The translations under genes were made by a program, and so were the position numbers. A stretch of DNA of 64,000 nt from Eledone cirrhosa. Taxonomy: Eukaryota. The stretch covers positions 211,482,001-211,546,000 of the forward strand of contig OZ024740.1 of the NCBI GenBank assembly GCA_964016885.1, in the 5' to 3' direction. The notes beneath the pieces were generated by a model. The model saw only the letters and a program-made list of their open reading frames with translations. It did not search any database and was not told where the DNA came from. Within the stretch, counting starts at the first letter, position 1. Each line of letters begins with the position of its first letter. This document shows, piece by piece, positions 41,002 through 51,500 of the stretch.

Positions 41002-41461
41002 GAAAATTTTAGTAAGTAAGTTAATTTTTAATTTTTAAAATTTTCTTATTTTACGTCTTTCATATAATTGTTCTGCATCCCCTTGCATAGAACCACAAAG
41101 GTACTAAGACATAACATATATATTTGCTAGCATGGGTATACATCTGTATACATATGTTGGTAGATATACTAATTCTCTATATTTATCTCCAAATTATTTG
41201 TTGAGTAAAACCTGCCAAAATTTACTGCCATGGTTCATGGTAGTAGTAGTAGGCACTTGTCATAATACCACCCACTCCTCACTGATTGACCTCAGTGTCA
41301 CGGGATTGATTCTTTAGAATCTGCCACTGACCCAGTAGGCAGTGAATTTTTTTCAGTGCTCTGGAATTTAGTCCCCGCTAGCTTTATTCCATCCACTGAA
41401 TTATTATTTTTATATGGGTTCCTAATGTCCGCGCATTGCCTGGGAACTTAGCTGAGAATAG

Positions 41462-41543
41462 ACTCCCTGATGACGTAAGGAATTCTTTGTAGTTACATTA
41501 CGTAACTATATTTACTCCCTTACAGAAACTAATTAGTTGGAGT
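41462..41543 (+). ncRNA. Type I hammerhead ribozyme (family 2, copy 2)
   Basis: Same motif as copy 1: CTGATGA at 41467-73, GAAA at 41525-28, predicted cut after 41538. Confidence 0.75.
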
Positions 41544-41815
41544 GAAAATTTTAGTAACTTAATTTTTAATTTTTAAAATGTTCTTATTTTACGTCTTTCA
41601 TATAATTGTTCTGCATCCCCTTGCATAGAACCACAAAGGTACTAAGACATAACATATATATTTGCTAGCATGGGTTTACATCTGTATACATATGTTGGTA
41701 GATATACTAATTCTCTCTCTCTCTATATATATATATGAAAAGAGTCAGCACCCCGGGATTAGAGTGTGGTATGGGTGGAAAAGTGCTCCACTACAGAAGT
41801 AGGAGCTAAAGAACA

Positions 41816-41981
41816 AAGAAAGTGTGGTAAGGAACCAGGTGGACCATAACGCACCAGAGTGCTCGATACTTAGGGTAGTAGAGTGGGTAATAGGACCATT
41901 TTCCTATTACCCACTCTACTACCCTAAGTATCAAGTACTCTGGTGCATTATGGTCCACCTGGTTCCTTACCACACTTTCTT
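41816..41981. repeat. Near-perfect inverted repeat, 80-bp arms with 6-nt spacer
   Basis: aagaaagtgtggtaagg...gggtaatagga-ccattt-tcctattaccc...ccttaccacactttctt, with ~3 mismatches. Arm sequence recurs at ~48258-48298. Confidence 0.95.
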
Positions 41982-42002
41982 AGTATATGTATATATATGT
42001 TG

Positions 42003-42348
42003 AGGCATATGGCTTAGTAGTTAGAGCATTGGCCTTGCAATCGAAAGGTTGTGAGTTCAATTCTCAGACCGGGTGATGTGTTGTTTCCTTGAGCAAGACA
42101 CTTTATTTCACATTGCTCCAGTTTACTCAGCTGTAGAAATGAGATGATAGGGACTGGGGTCCCTATCATTCCACTGCAAAGTGGTCGTGGAGGTGCCACG
42201 GCAAAAAAGCACCCAGCACTCACTGTAAATGAGGTTGGTGTTAGGAAGGGCATCCAGCTGTAGAAATCAAGCCAGCATCAGTTCCCGTCCCACCCTTGCA
42301 AGCAGGGAAAAAGCGGACGTAAAATGAAATGATGATGAAAATGATGAT
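42003..42348 (+). mobile_element. tRNA-derived SINE (family A head) with RTE-LINE-derived 3' tail
   Basis: A box tggcttagtagttagagc and B box gagttcaattct. The tail ctgtaaatgaggttggtgttaggaagggcatccagc...ggacgt..(gat)n matches the LINE 3' UTR at 44715-44892. Confidence 0.85.
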
Positions 42349-42436
42349 ATATATATATATTAATATTTGACATATATATTATCCTTATCGAGCCCTCTTC
42401 GGATTTTAGTCTTCACATTTATTATTATTACTATAT

Positions 42437-42497
<61 letters not shown>

Positions 42498-42659
42498 ACT
42501 ACATAAACGGAGAAAGCTATTAGCGATATTCCGACCAATTTCCAACTCACTCAACAAACATTAGGAAATACCTGAGTATATTCCCAATTAAACGTTTGGA
42601 GTGCTAACTATATTGTATTGTGTGGATAATTGGCTGTATTATATTGTTTTATATGAGAT

Positions 42660-44858
42660 GATATTGTCGGGGAGAAGTGTGTCCTTAATGATGATGGTGT
42701 ACTTGCCATCACTGACGCTGATAAGAAGGTAGCTTGGAAGTGTCACTACGAAAGGCTACTAAATGAGGAGAATAAATGGGAGAAAGACAGTCTCCCCCAC
42801 ATCGACCCAATAGAGGGACCAGCAGTGTTAGTCGAAGGTAGTATAATAAGTAAGGCAATCAAAGATATGAAGACGGGTAAGGCGGCTGGGCCTTCGGAAA
42901 TAGTTGCCGAGATGCTGAAAGATTCTGGAATGGTGGGACACACCATGGTCACCCGGATAGTAAACCAAGTCATACAGAATGGGGTTGTTCCGAAGGACTG
43001 GCGTAGCAGCATCATCATTAACTGCTACAAGGGTAAAGGAGATTCCCTAGATAGGAGTAACTATAGAGGCATTAAATTAATCGACCAGGTCATCAAGGTC
43101 ACAGAAAAAGTAATAGCGCAACTAATCAGAGAGAGAATTGATCTAGTTGAAATGCAGTTCGGATTTGTGTCAGGTAGAAGTACCACAGACGCTCTTTACA
43201 TTGTACGAGAACTACAGGAGAAGTACCTAGCTAAAAGTAAACCCCTATACTTAGCTTTTGTTGACTTGGAGAAAGCCTTTGACAGAGTCCCCCGTTCCAT
43301 TATCTGGTGGGCTCTTAGAAAACTAGGTGTTGATGAATGACTTGTGAGAGCTATACAAGCCATGTATAAAGAAACAGTCAGCAAGGTTAGAATTAACAAC
43401 GAATATAGTGAAGAGTTTAGCGTAAAAGTTGGTGTTCATCAGGGCTCCGTTCTTAGCCCCCTAATATTTATTATTGCCCTTCAGGCTATAACAGTGGAGT
43501 TCAAGACCGGTTGCCCATGGGAACTCCTATACGCAGATGATCTAACGCTCATAGCTGAATCAATGGCCGAACTAGAGAAGAAATTCCAAACATGGAAGCA
43601 TGGCCTAGAATCAAAAGGCCTTAAAATTAACCTGTCTAAGACTAAAGTTCTAGTTTGTAGGAAGGAAAATAGGGCACTGGTCCCATCCGGGAAATGGCCA
43701 TGCTCAGTGTGTAGGAAAGGAGTAGGTAGAAATTCCATTTTATGTCCCAAATGCAAAGTATGGGTGCATAAAAGATGTAGTGGGATCACAGGTAAGCTAA
43801 CTAAGAACATAGATTTTATATGTGGCCGGTGCTCTGTTGCAATAAGTAGCAGCAAGTGCCCACAGAATACTAGCTCATTCCATTGCACAGATGGTTCTAT
43901 AGAAATAGTGGAGAGCTTCTGTTACCTGGGTGACAAAATCAGCAGTAGGGGAGGATGCTCTGAAAGTACAGTAGCTAGAGTCAGAACGGGATGGAAAAAG
44001 TTCAGAGAGCTTATACCACTATTAGCCGCTAAAGGGTTCTCCCTAAAAATGAAAGGCAGGCTGTATGATGCCTGCATACCAACACCAATGTTGCATGGCA
44101 GTGAGACCTGGGCATTGTGTGCAGAGGATATACGCAGACTAGAGAGGAACGAAGCTTGCATGCTCCGCTGGATGTGTAATAGTAATATACGTGAACGGCA
44201 AAGCATAAACGAACTAAGGGAAAAATTAGAAATAAGAGTGATCAGATGTTGTTTACTCGAGAGAAGACTACGTTGGTATGGTCACGTGATGCGCCTGAAA
44301 GACGACAGCTGTATAAAAAAGTGCAGGGCAATAAAGATAGATGGTAGCCACGGAGTAGGCAGACCCAGAAAAACCTGGGACGACTTGATAAATTCCGACC
44401 TCACACACTTACACCTCTCCAAGACAATGTCACTGGACCGAGATCTTTGGCGCTACACAGTAATAGAGAAGACTCGCCTTACCTAAGTACAAAGTGAAAC
44501 CTACTACAGTCAGTAGGCACCTCTAACAAAATACACCCCGGTCCCACTACCCCCACCCTATCCACACCACCCCTTTCAATGTAAAGTTATGTTGGTACCA
44601 CAACATCCAGCCCGAAACAAATGAGGTCGTGTAGATGTCACGACAAAAAAAAACACACAGTCCACGCTGTAATGTGGCCGTGTAGGTAACACGGTAAAAA
44701 CCTCCCAGTTCCACACTGTAAATGTGGTTGGTGTTAGGAAGGGCATCCAGCCGTAGAAAACCCGCCAGACAGTCCTATGTGAGCAAGACAACCAGTCTTG
44801 CCTCAAGTGGAAAAACTCCCGTCCAAACCCATGCAAGCGTGGAATATGGACGTTAAAC

Positions 44859-44892
<34 letters not shown>
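42660..44892 (+). mobile_element. 5'-truncated, young RTE-clade LINE (RT, Cys/His finger, C-terminus, 3' UTR, (GAT)n tail)
   Basis: Continuous frame 42666-44486 with a single stop (43338-40, probably TGG>TGA). Motifs KAAGP, NYRGIKL, QFGF..GRSTTDA, FVDLEKAFDRV, GVHQGSVLSP, LLYADD, RRLRWYGHV and GRPRKTW. Putative target-site duplication ATGAGAT (42653-59 / 44893-99). Confidence 0.95.
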
Positions 44893-44896
<4 letters not shown>

Positions 44897-44917
44897 GATA
44901 TATTAAAGATCTCATTT

Positions 44918-45034
44918 CCCAGACGAATCGTTTCAGTGTAAGATTTCTACATGGTGGGTGAAGTTATACCAAGTTATGGAGAAACTTGTGTAAGATCAAT
45001 GGATTCTTATGGGCTCTTACAAATCTTCAGTGGG
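44918..45034 (-). ncRNA. Type I hammerhead ribozyme (family 3) with ~90-nt stem II domain
   Basis: Reverse complement: ccca-CTGAAGA-tttgtaaga...tcttacact-GAAA-cgattcg-TC^tggg. Stem I ccca/tggg, stem III cga/tcg, GUC cleavage triplet. Confidence 0.75.
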
Positions 45035-45743
45035 TGCCCAATAATATTAATATAAGTAAATCAACATCAATATTTAGCGATAATCACCATCAGTGCTAGA
45101 AGGAGCTGTTAAGTTGTAAGTCCTGCAGTTCGAAAGAAAATCTCACACTGTCCCCAAAATGGGAGGAGGAGGCTACCGTGAAAAATAATATGCACGCAGG
45201 TCATTGAACTCTGACAAGAATTCAAGCCTCGTGCGAAGAACTCAATTGGATATGAAAAAAATAAACATGTGTGTACTGTTTAAGGACACATAGGGATATT
45301 TTCCCAGGTAAAATAACAGATATGAGATACAGGAACAAACAATCAATATTCATATAAAAAAATAAACAAAGAGAGTCATACCTTATATCGGGAAAATTCA
45401 TGCCTGGTGATCCAAGAGTATATTACATAACTACATAAACGGAGAAAGCTATTAGCGATACTCCGACCAATTTCCAACTCAATCAACAAACATTAGGAAA
45501 TACCTGAGTGTATTCCCAATTAAACGTTTAGAGTGCTAACTATATTGTATTGTGTGGATAATTGGCTGTATTATTTTATATGAGATATATTAAAGATCTC
45601 ATTTCATATGTATGTGTGTATGTGTGTCTCATTTCATATGTATGTATGTGTGTATGTAAAAAAAGAAACAGAAATAACAAAGCAAACGACACAGTACATT
45701 AAAGAAATATATTAGTTTATCGTTTGAAATAGCAGGATGTCAG

Positions 45744-45780
45744 TCTTAACATTTCGGACACTAGTCCTTCATCTGAAGAT
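45744..45780 (-). ncRNA. Degenerate minimal hammerhead (Penelope pLTR-type, family 4)
   Basis: Reverse complement tctt-CAGATGA-a-ggac-tagt-gtcc-GAAA-tgtt-aaga differs from the CTGATGA..GAAACGTT minimal motif by two substitutions. Confidence 0.55.
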
Positions 45781-45911
45781 AGAGTTAGAAATAGAAAATA
45801 AAATAGAAAGATAATAAGTGAAAAGAGGAAAGAACGAGGAAAAAAATGAGAAAAAAGAAAGGGGGGAAAACATATGCCAGTAGTATAAAATATTGAGGAT
45901 ATATATATATA

Positions 45912-47160
45912 GGGTGGGTAAAATTCCCGAGATCCACGTACGAGTTCTCTCCAGCGGTCTCTGTTCCTCATCATCGCTGCCATGTCCTGCATCTCCCAGA
46001 GACCTGCGCCTGTCCTTAGGGCATCAACATATGTCAACGTCGGTCTCCCTCTTCTAGTATGTCCATGTAGGGGCTCCCACAGGACCACTGAGTACAGTGT
46101 CAACTCTGAATGTTGGTGAGCATGTCCAGCTAACCTCAGCCTCCTCTGTGTTACTTTCAAGCTGACTTATGGGAGGCTCCAATACAGCTCTAAGTTCTTC
46201 ATCCTCAGTGTATAGCGATTAATGTTCAGAGCCATCCTCATTATTCTCGTGGAACACCAATCCACCATCTGAGAGTTACTTGGTCAGTGTCCAAGTCTTA
46301 GACCTGTACAGCAGCACAGACTCCACTGTAGCAACGAAGAGGCGGATCTTCAGGTCTTCACGAAGGTCCGACTTCCAGACCGATCTCAAACTGTGGCACA
46401 CAGCCCAGGCTTTGCTCTTCCTCTCAACCACATCATCTTCTATGTTCCCAATCTTTGCTCCCAGATACAGGAAGTCTTCCACCGATTCTAGTGGCTTCTC
46501 AACTACATTCATAATCTTCTCTGACTTCTTAATGTTCTCTACTAGGTACTTCATCTTACTCTCATTCATTCTCAGCCCCACTCTCACCGACACAATCTCC
46601 ACCTCCTGCATCAACTCCTTTGCCTCCTTCACTGTGTTTATCATCAGAGACTGTCATCAGCAAATTCAACATCTGATATCTTTTGCGCCTTAACTCTCCT
46701 GCTCTGAGCCGGTGTTACAGTAAAACCCAAGTCCTGGTGTTTCTCCAGTGCAAGGCGCATACAATAGTCCACTGCAATGATAAAAAGGTAGGGAACCAAT
46801 GTATCGCCCTGGAGCACTCCAGCCAGTATCTCAAAGAACTCTGTCACCCTGTCAGGTGTAATAACTTGGGCTCTGGTGTTGGTGTAGAGTAGTGATATCA
46901 GGTCCATTATCTTCTTGGAGATTCCATAAGCCTGTAAGATCATCAGGCAGTGACTGTCCACAGAAGCAAAGGCTTTCCTAAAGTCAATGAAAACCATGAC
47001 AGCAGGAAGGCTCCTTGTTCAACCACCAGTCACACAGGATGTGACTGGTGGTTGATTTTCCCTCTCTGAAGCCATTGCGGTTGTCCCTGAGCTTCTTCTC
47101 CATGTTGTTGAGGGTCTTTGCCACAAGTGACGTCAGTGAGATCCCCTGTAGTTGTTAATA
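45912..47160 (-). mobile_element. RTE-like LINE 3' part, decayed
   Basis: Motifs NNYRGISL, VFIDFRKAF, GVLQGDTLVPYLF, FADD, DFLYLG, VESVLLY, RRLRLAGH and RGRPTLTY, split across frameshifted ORFs. Confidence 0.9.
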
Positions 47161-47161
47161 T

Positions 47162-47765
47162 CGATGAGCTCAAGCAACACTGCAAAAAATCTTTGCGTTA
47201 GCTTTCAGACAAGTTAAAATATTCACCAATATCTTTCTCCAACATTTGAAACTCATCTAGTTGTAGGTACTTTTTACTAGAAGCGAAATTATAGGTATCT
47301 GTAGAAGGATGGTATACCCAAAATCCTATTTTAAAACCAACTGATGTTGAAAAGTAACTTTTAGATTTCTCATATTGAATTTTACCAGCAGAAGCATCAG
47401 GATCATATGTCTGGGGTCCAATATTTATATCAGCAATGCAAGGCTTCTCAAATCCTACTGTCATATCCTCTAGGTTCATACAGTTCATCAGGGCACATAT
47501 CAAATCTGCATATACCATAGAAAACTGGCAAGAAGCCCTTTAGACGTTTCAGAACAGGATCTGATTCTGCTTTATCCTCAAACATATTCTGGTAAAACTT
47601 TAATTCATGATCGCCACGAGGTGGAGGCTGTATGTGTTTCAGTAAAGTCTTCCTGTCCGACATCTGAAGGAAACTAAACACATTGTTTACTTGATTCTTA
47701 ACATCTAATGGTTTTGTTCCTGGTGGCAGCTTACAGAATTCCTTGTCAGTTTGTGAGGCAGCCAT
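47162..47765 (-). pseudogene. IPMK: Processed pseudogene of inositol polyphosphate multikinase (IPK superfamily), N-terminal half
   Basis: ATG at 47765. Motifs LLK..QPPPRGDHELKFY, FLPVFYG and LEDMTVGFEKPCIADINIGPQTYDPDAS..K (PxxxDxKxG signature with K>N). Intronless, with a frameshift near 47480 and a stop at 47198. Confidence 0.85.
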
Positions 47766-48249
47766 GATTCACCATTGAAGTAGTTTCGGAGTTTACATTA
47801 CTGACTGAAAAATCTTGTTCCTATGAATATCGAATACATCCACAGCTCAACACATCCATTGACTTTCATTACAATGAACAGTGGGGCACTGTACTATTTA
47901 CATGGCATTTTCAGAGACGCAGATAATTTAAAGTGGAAAATTTAGTTGTGTATCGCGTGTATGGAGTGGTCAGCTGTTGTAATGTTATCTGCACTCATGT
48001 AAAACTAAACAGTGACCCATGCCCATTAAATATTTTCTTTCTTTTTTTTTTTTTTCATCGACAATTTATATATTTGTATATAAGATGGAAAGTTATATTT
48101 TATTTTAAATGTTTAATTGAATGCTTGATTTCAAATGTAAACTCGAGTCGAAAATACGAATCTACTGTTGAATAAATGCCAACTTATTTGGCACTGGGAC
48201 AATATATATATATATTAAGTCAGAATAGATGCAGTAAAAACCTGTTCAA

Positions 48250-48448
48250 CTATTACTCACCAGAGTACTCGATACTTGGGGTAATACAGTGGGTAATATG
48301 AAGGATTCGGGACCCCAATACGTGAGTTCCTGATGTTCGAAAATAGCTGTTGAAATGGCAGGAGCCCAGCTGTCGAGGTCCTTCATATTCATATATATAT
48401 AGAGGAAAATGTTTAACCCAGATGGCAGAGCTCAAGCCGTTTCAATGG

Positions 48449-48450
<2 letters not shown>
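48250..48450. repeat. Short interspersed repeat fragment related to the 41816-41981 fold-back
   Basis: caccagagtactcgatacttggggtaatacagtgggtaata is similar to caccagagtgctcgatacttagggtagtagagtgggtaata. It contains an internal inverted repeat aatatgaagga/tccttcatatt. Confidence 0.6.
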
Positions 48451-48517
<67 letters not shown>

Positions 48518-48518
<1 letters not shown>

Positions 48519-51500
48519 TAGCAGTTTAGCCCGGCGTTGCTCGGGTTTGTTCATTTGCTATGAAAAGTTACATACAGGTAAACGTGGCTTGAAAGCGAAT
48601 AAGCTTATCAATTAAGTGCATAAAGCAGTTGAACCGGTTATTAAAAGTTACGAACCAATTAGCATTTTGGACAATCAATGATGGGTTAATAATCTTCCAA
48701 TAGCGAATTTAGTAGACCAAAGTTGCAAGATGGTGCCCCTGATGCCGCTGGGTGTCAGATCTGTCCGCCATGGGTGACCCTACCAGGAAATAGTTTTCCA
48801 GGCGGCATAGTTCCAACACCTCCAACACCTGCACCAACATCTATAGCACCTCTTTGTAGACAATATTGCGTGTTATCCCTTGAGGAGTGTAAGCAAAAAG
48901 TCCATTCCTGCTCCCTACGCAGGAACAGGCAACATAAAGTTGGCCATGGGAGAAGCATGGCTATCCCAAATAGATGCCCGCCACCAACAATGTTTGCCCT
49001 TGTGACTTGTTAATGAACATGGTCTCACCGGGAATTGGGATCGCCGGAAATCGAACGGGATACCTGACGCCGAGGGGAAAAGGTTCATCCTTGGAATGAA
49101 AACATTCTCCCCTCTCCCGCACCCCGTTACAATGGTGGCCTCAATCAAGTGGGACGTCAGTGACTTGACGACCATTCAATTACTGTTGCACTGCTTTGGT
49201 GGATGCAAGTTCCTTATTAGCATAATGGGGCAGCCAACCCTAAGCTTAAGAATGTGAGGTGGGAGCCCTGGGGCTCAAGGGAATTTAATAACTCAACCGG
49301 ATAATTAACGATATCGTCGGGGTCTGACGTCCGGTCGTTAGATTTGAAGATGTGCTCTTTACCGGGAATCTTCTCAATCAGCTGCTCGTTAATAAAATTA
49401 ACCATGGTATTTTTCGGAGCAAGGATGGCTTTTTCGCTGAGCCAATTGAGGTTTTTAAAGTTAGATGAGACATTAGGAAAAACTGCTTCCCAAAGGTCAG
49501 AAGGGCTGCTCACAATGTTGTGAGTCGATTGCTATGCCAACCTTGTCATCCGCAGGGATCTTGCCCTCACCAAGTGCTAAAATGTTCTGAGAAAATGCTG
49601 AAGACATGTTGTCACCATGCAAATGAGCACGCATATTTGTGCCACAACATGGACGACTTAAGGCAGGCACGCACTTCATCAGCTCTTGTCCCTTTGGGGA
49701 TGACAAGCAGCGTTTGCCGAAAATTCCCTGATAGCAGAAGGGTTACGCCACCCATAGTAGCCGTAGAATCCCTAATGTTTTTCAGGGTCGTGTCCAATGC
49801 CTCAAGGGCACCCTTGTGTGCCATTGTGCACTCATCCCAAATAATGAGGCAACATTTTTTGAGAACCAGAGCTTCGTGTGAACTCTTGCTGATATTGCAT
49901 GTTTGTGTCTCAGTTTATACTAAATCCAAGGGGAGTTTAAAGGTTTAAAGCTTCTCATGACGAATCTTAGCGAGAATCAATTTCGTTACAAAAGTTTTTC
50001 CGGTACCCCCAGGAGCATCGAGAAAGTAAATACCCCCAGTCTGATTTTGAACCGCGTCAATGATAGTTAAATAGGCCAACCATTGGTCCGACAGAAGTTT
50101 GGGCTCATTTTCCTCTAAGTATTGGATAAAGAGATTCGATGTCATATGCTGTTTCCCACAACAAATCCGGGGCCAAAGTGTTAGCTTCCTCTCTGACGGT
50201 TGACGGCAAGCCATACGTTGCCAACTCACTCCCATCCATGTCGAGGAGGGCGTCCTCAATATCAATGAGTGCCTGTTGTAGATAATGTCACTGTAACCAA
50301 CTTCCACTGAAGGATACTTCAGATAAGCCAGGCGCAGGAAGTCCTCCGACATGAAGTCTTTGTACTTGACCCATAAAGATTTGGGATCACCCAATTCACA
50401 CTTTTGAAGCAAAATTGCAATGAGTTCCCATAGACCTTTAGGTGATTTCAACAAAGCACCCTCTGCTAAAGTGAAATCCCATTGCGAATCATCTTCCAAA
50501 AGACCACGCTTAAAGCAGGCTTCCCAGTGCGTATCACATATTTCTCCATCAACAGTTATGAGGTCCTGAAAAATTTGTGGGCCTACAACTTCATGCAGAA
50601 GAAGGCGGAGATGAAAGCACTCATGCTGACTTGGAGGCACAGTGTAAACCCCTCCAAGACAGCTGTCAAATTTTACACCAGGATGTCTTTCAACAGCCTG
50701 ACCTGACTTTCTTCGCACCCAAGTGGTTTTCGACCATATAAAATAGGATGGAACCTGGGGGTACACAATTATTTGCGCACATATATCTAACTGGCAAAGT
50801 TTTAAGAAACCCGTCAGAGTGGTCTCTTTCGGATCGGCGGCCAACTTGGTGGCAGTTTGGTCCGTAAAGTAAACCCTTTGCCCATTTTCCAAATGTACCG
50901 CAAGCTGTACGATGGCGGGGTGCTGTTGGTGTAGGGGTAAACCAAATAGGCGCCAAAAAGCTTCATTGCTATTGATGTACCGCCCCGCCAGGTATTCTGT
51001 GACCTCGTCCCTGCTATTTTCAGTTTGAAATGAGAACATTGCGGCATCAGAGCCCTTATTTACATATTTGCATATGTATTTTATCGACTTGATGGAGTTG
51101 CAAAACTCAACGTTGATGTGGGCGTTGAACATCCTCAAGTGAAGCGGGCAGTAAGGGACCACCCATCTATTGTCGACTTGACCTCCCTTTACTGTTGTGG
51201 TGAAGCCACCATTCTCGGGCCGTCTCCGCCTGTACAGGGGGTACCCGTCGCCACCAGTCTGAGTCTGGTCAACAAATTTTTTTGGGTAGCCCTTACTACA
51301 CGACCCCCCGTTCAGACACGTGTGATGCTCATTAGGACCCGACGCCGTACACGGACCATGTTAGCTTTGACGATGTCATGTAATTCCTGGTCAGTTGCTG
51401 AGTTAGGGATTTCAGCCGAAATGAAGCTGTCTATGGCATTTGAATTGATTTTATCAGCTAACCAAATCAAAATGTGAACATGTGGCAGCGCTCGTTTTTG

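Larger units (their letters stand above)
40705..41725 (+). mobile_element. Retrozyme-like or non-autonomous Penelope-type element: 542-bp unit, ~1.5 direct copies plus a 5' inverted partial copy
   Basis: 40908-41178 repeats at 41450-41716 (offset 542). 40705-40908 is the reverse complement of ~41403-41604. Three hammerheads; both outer ends run into TA/CT microsatellite. Confidence 0.85.
42492..45605 (-). mobile_element. ~690-bp hammerhead-containing, terminally redundant element (family 3), interrupted by an RTE LINE
   Basis: 42492-42659 plus 44900-44918 repeats at 45424-45605. The unit is ~690 bp after removing the LINE. Hammerhead on the minus strand. Confidence 0.75.

Noticed and set aside
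47198-47765. Functional IPMK gene
   Set aside because: Frameshift, apparent loss of the N-terminal AGH motif and of the catalytic lysine, premature stop, and a missing C-terminal half.
48324-48366. Possible hammerhead gttcCTGATGttcgaaatagctgttGAAAtggcaggagc
   Set aside because: The core is CUGAUGU rather than CUGANGA, with no convincing stem II and no UH cleavage site.
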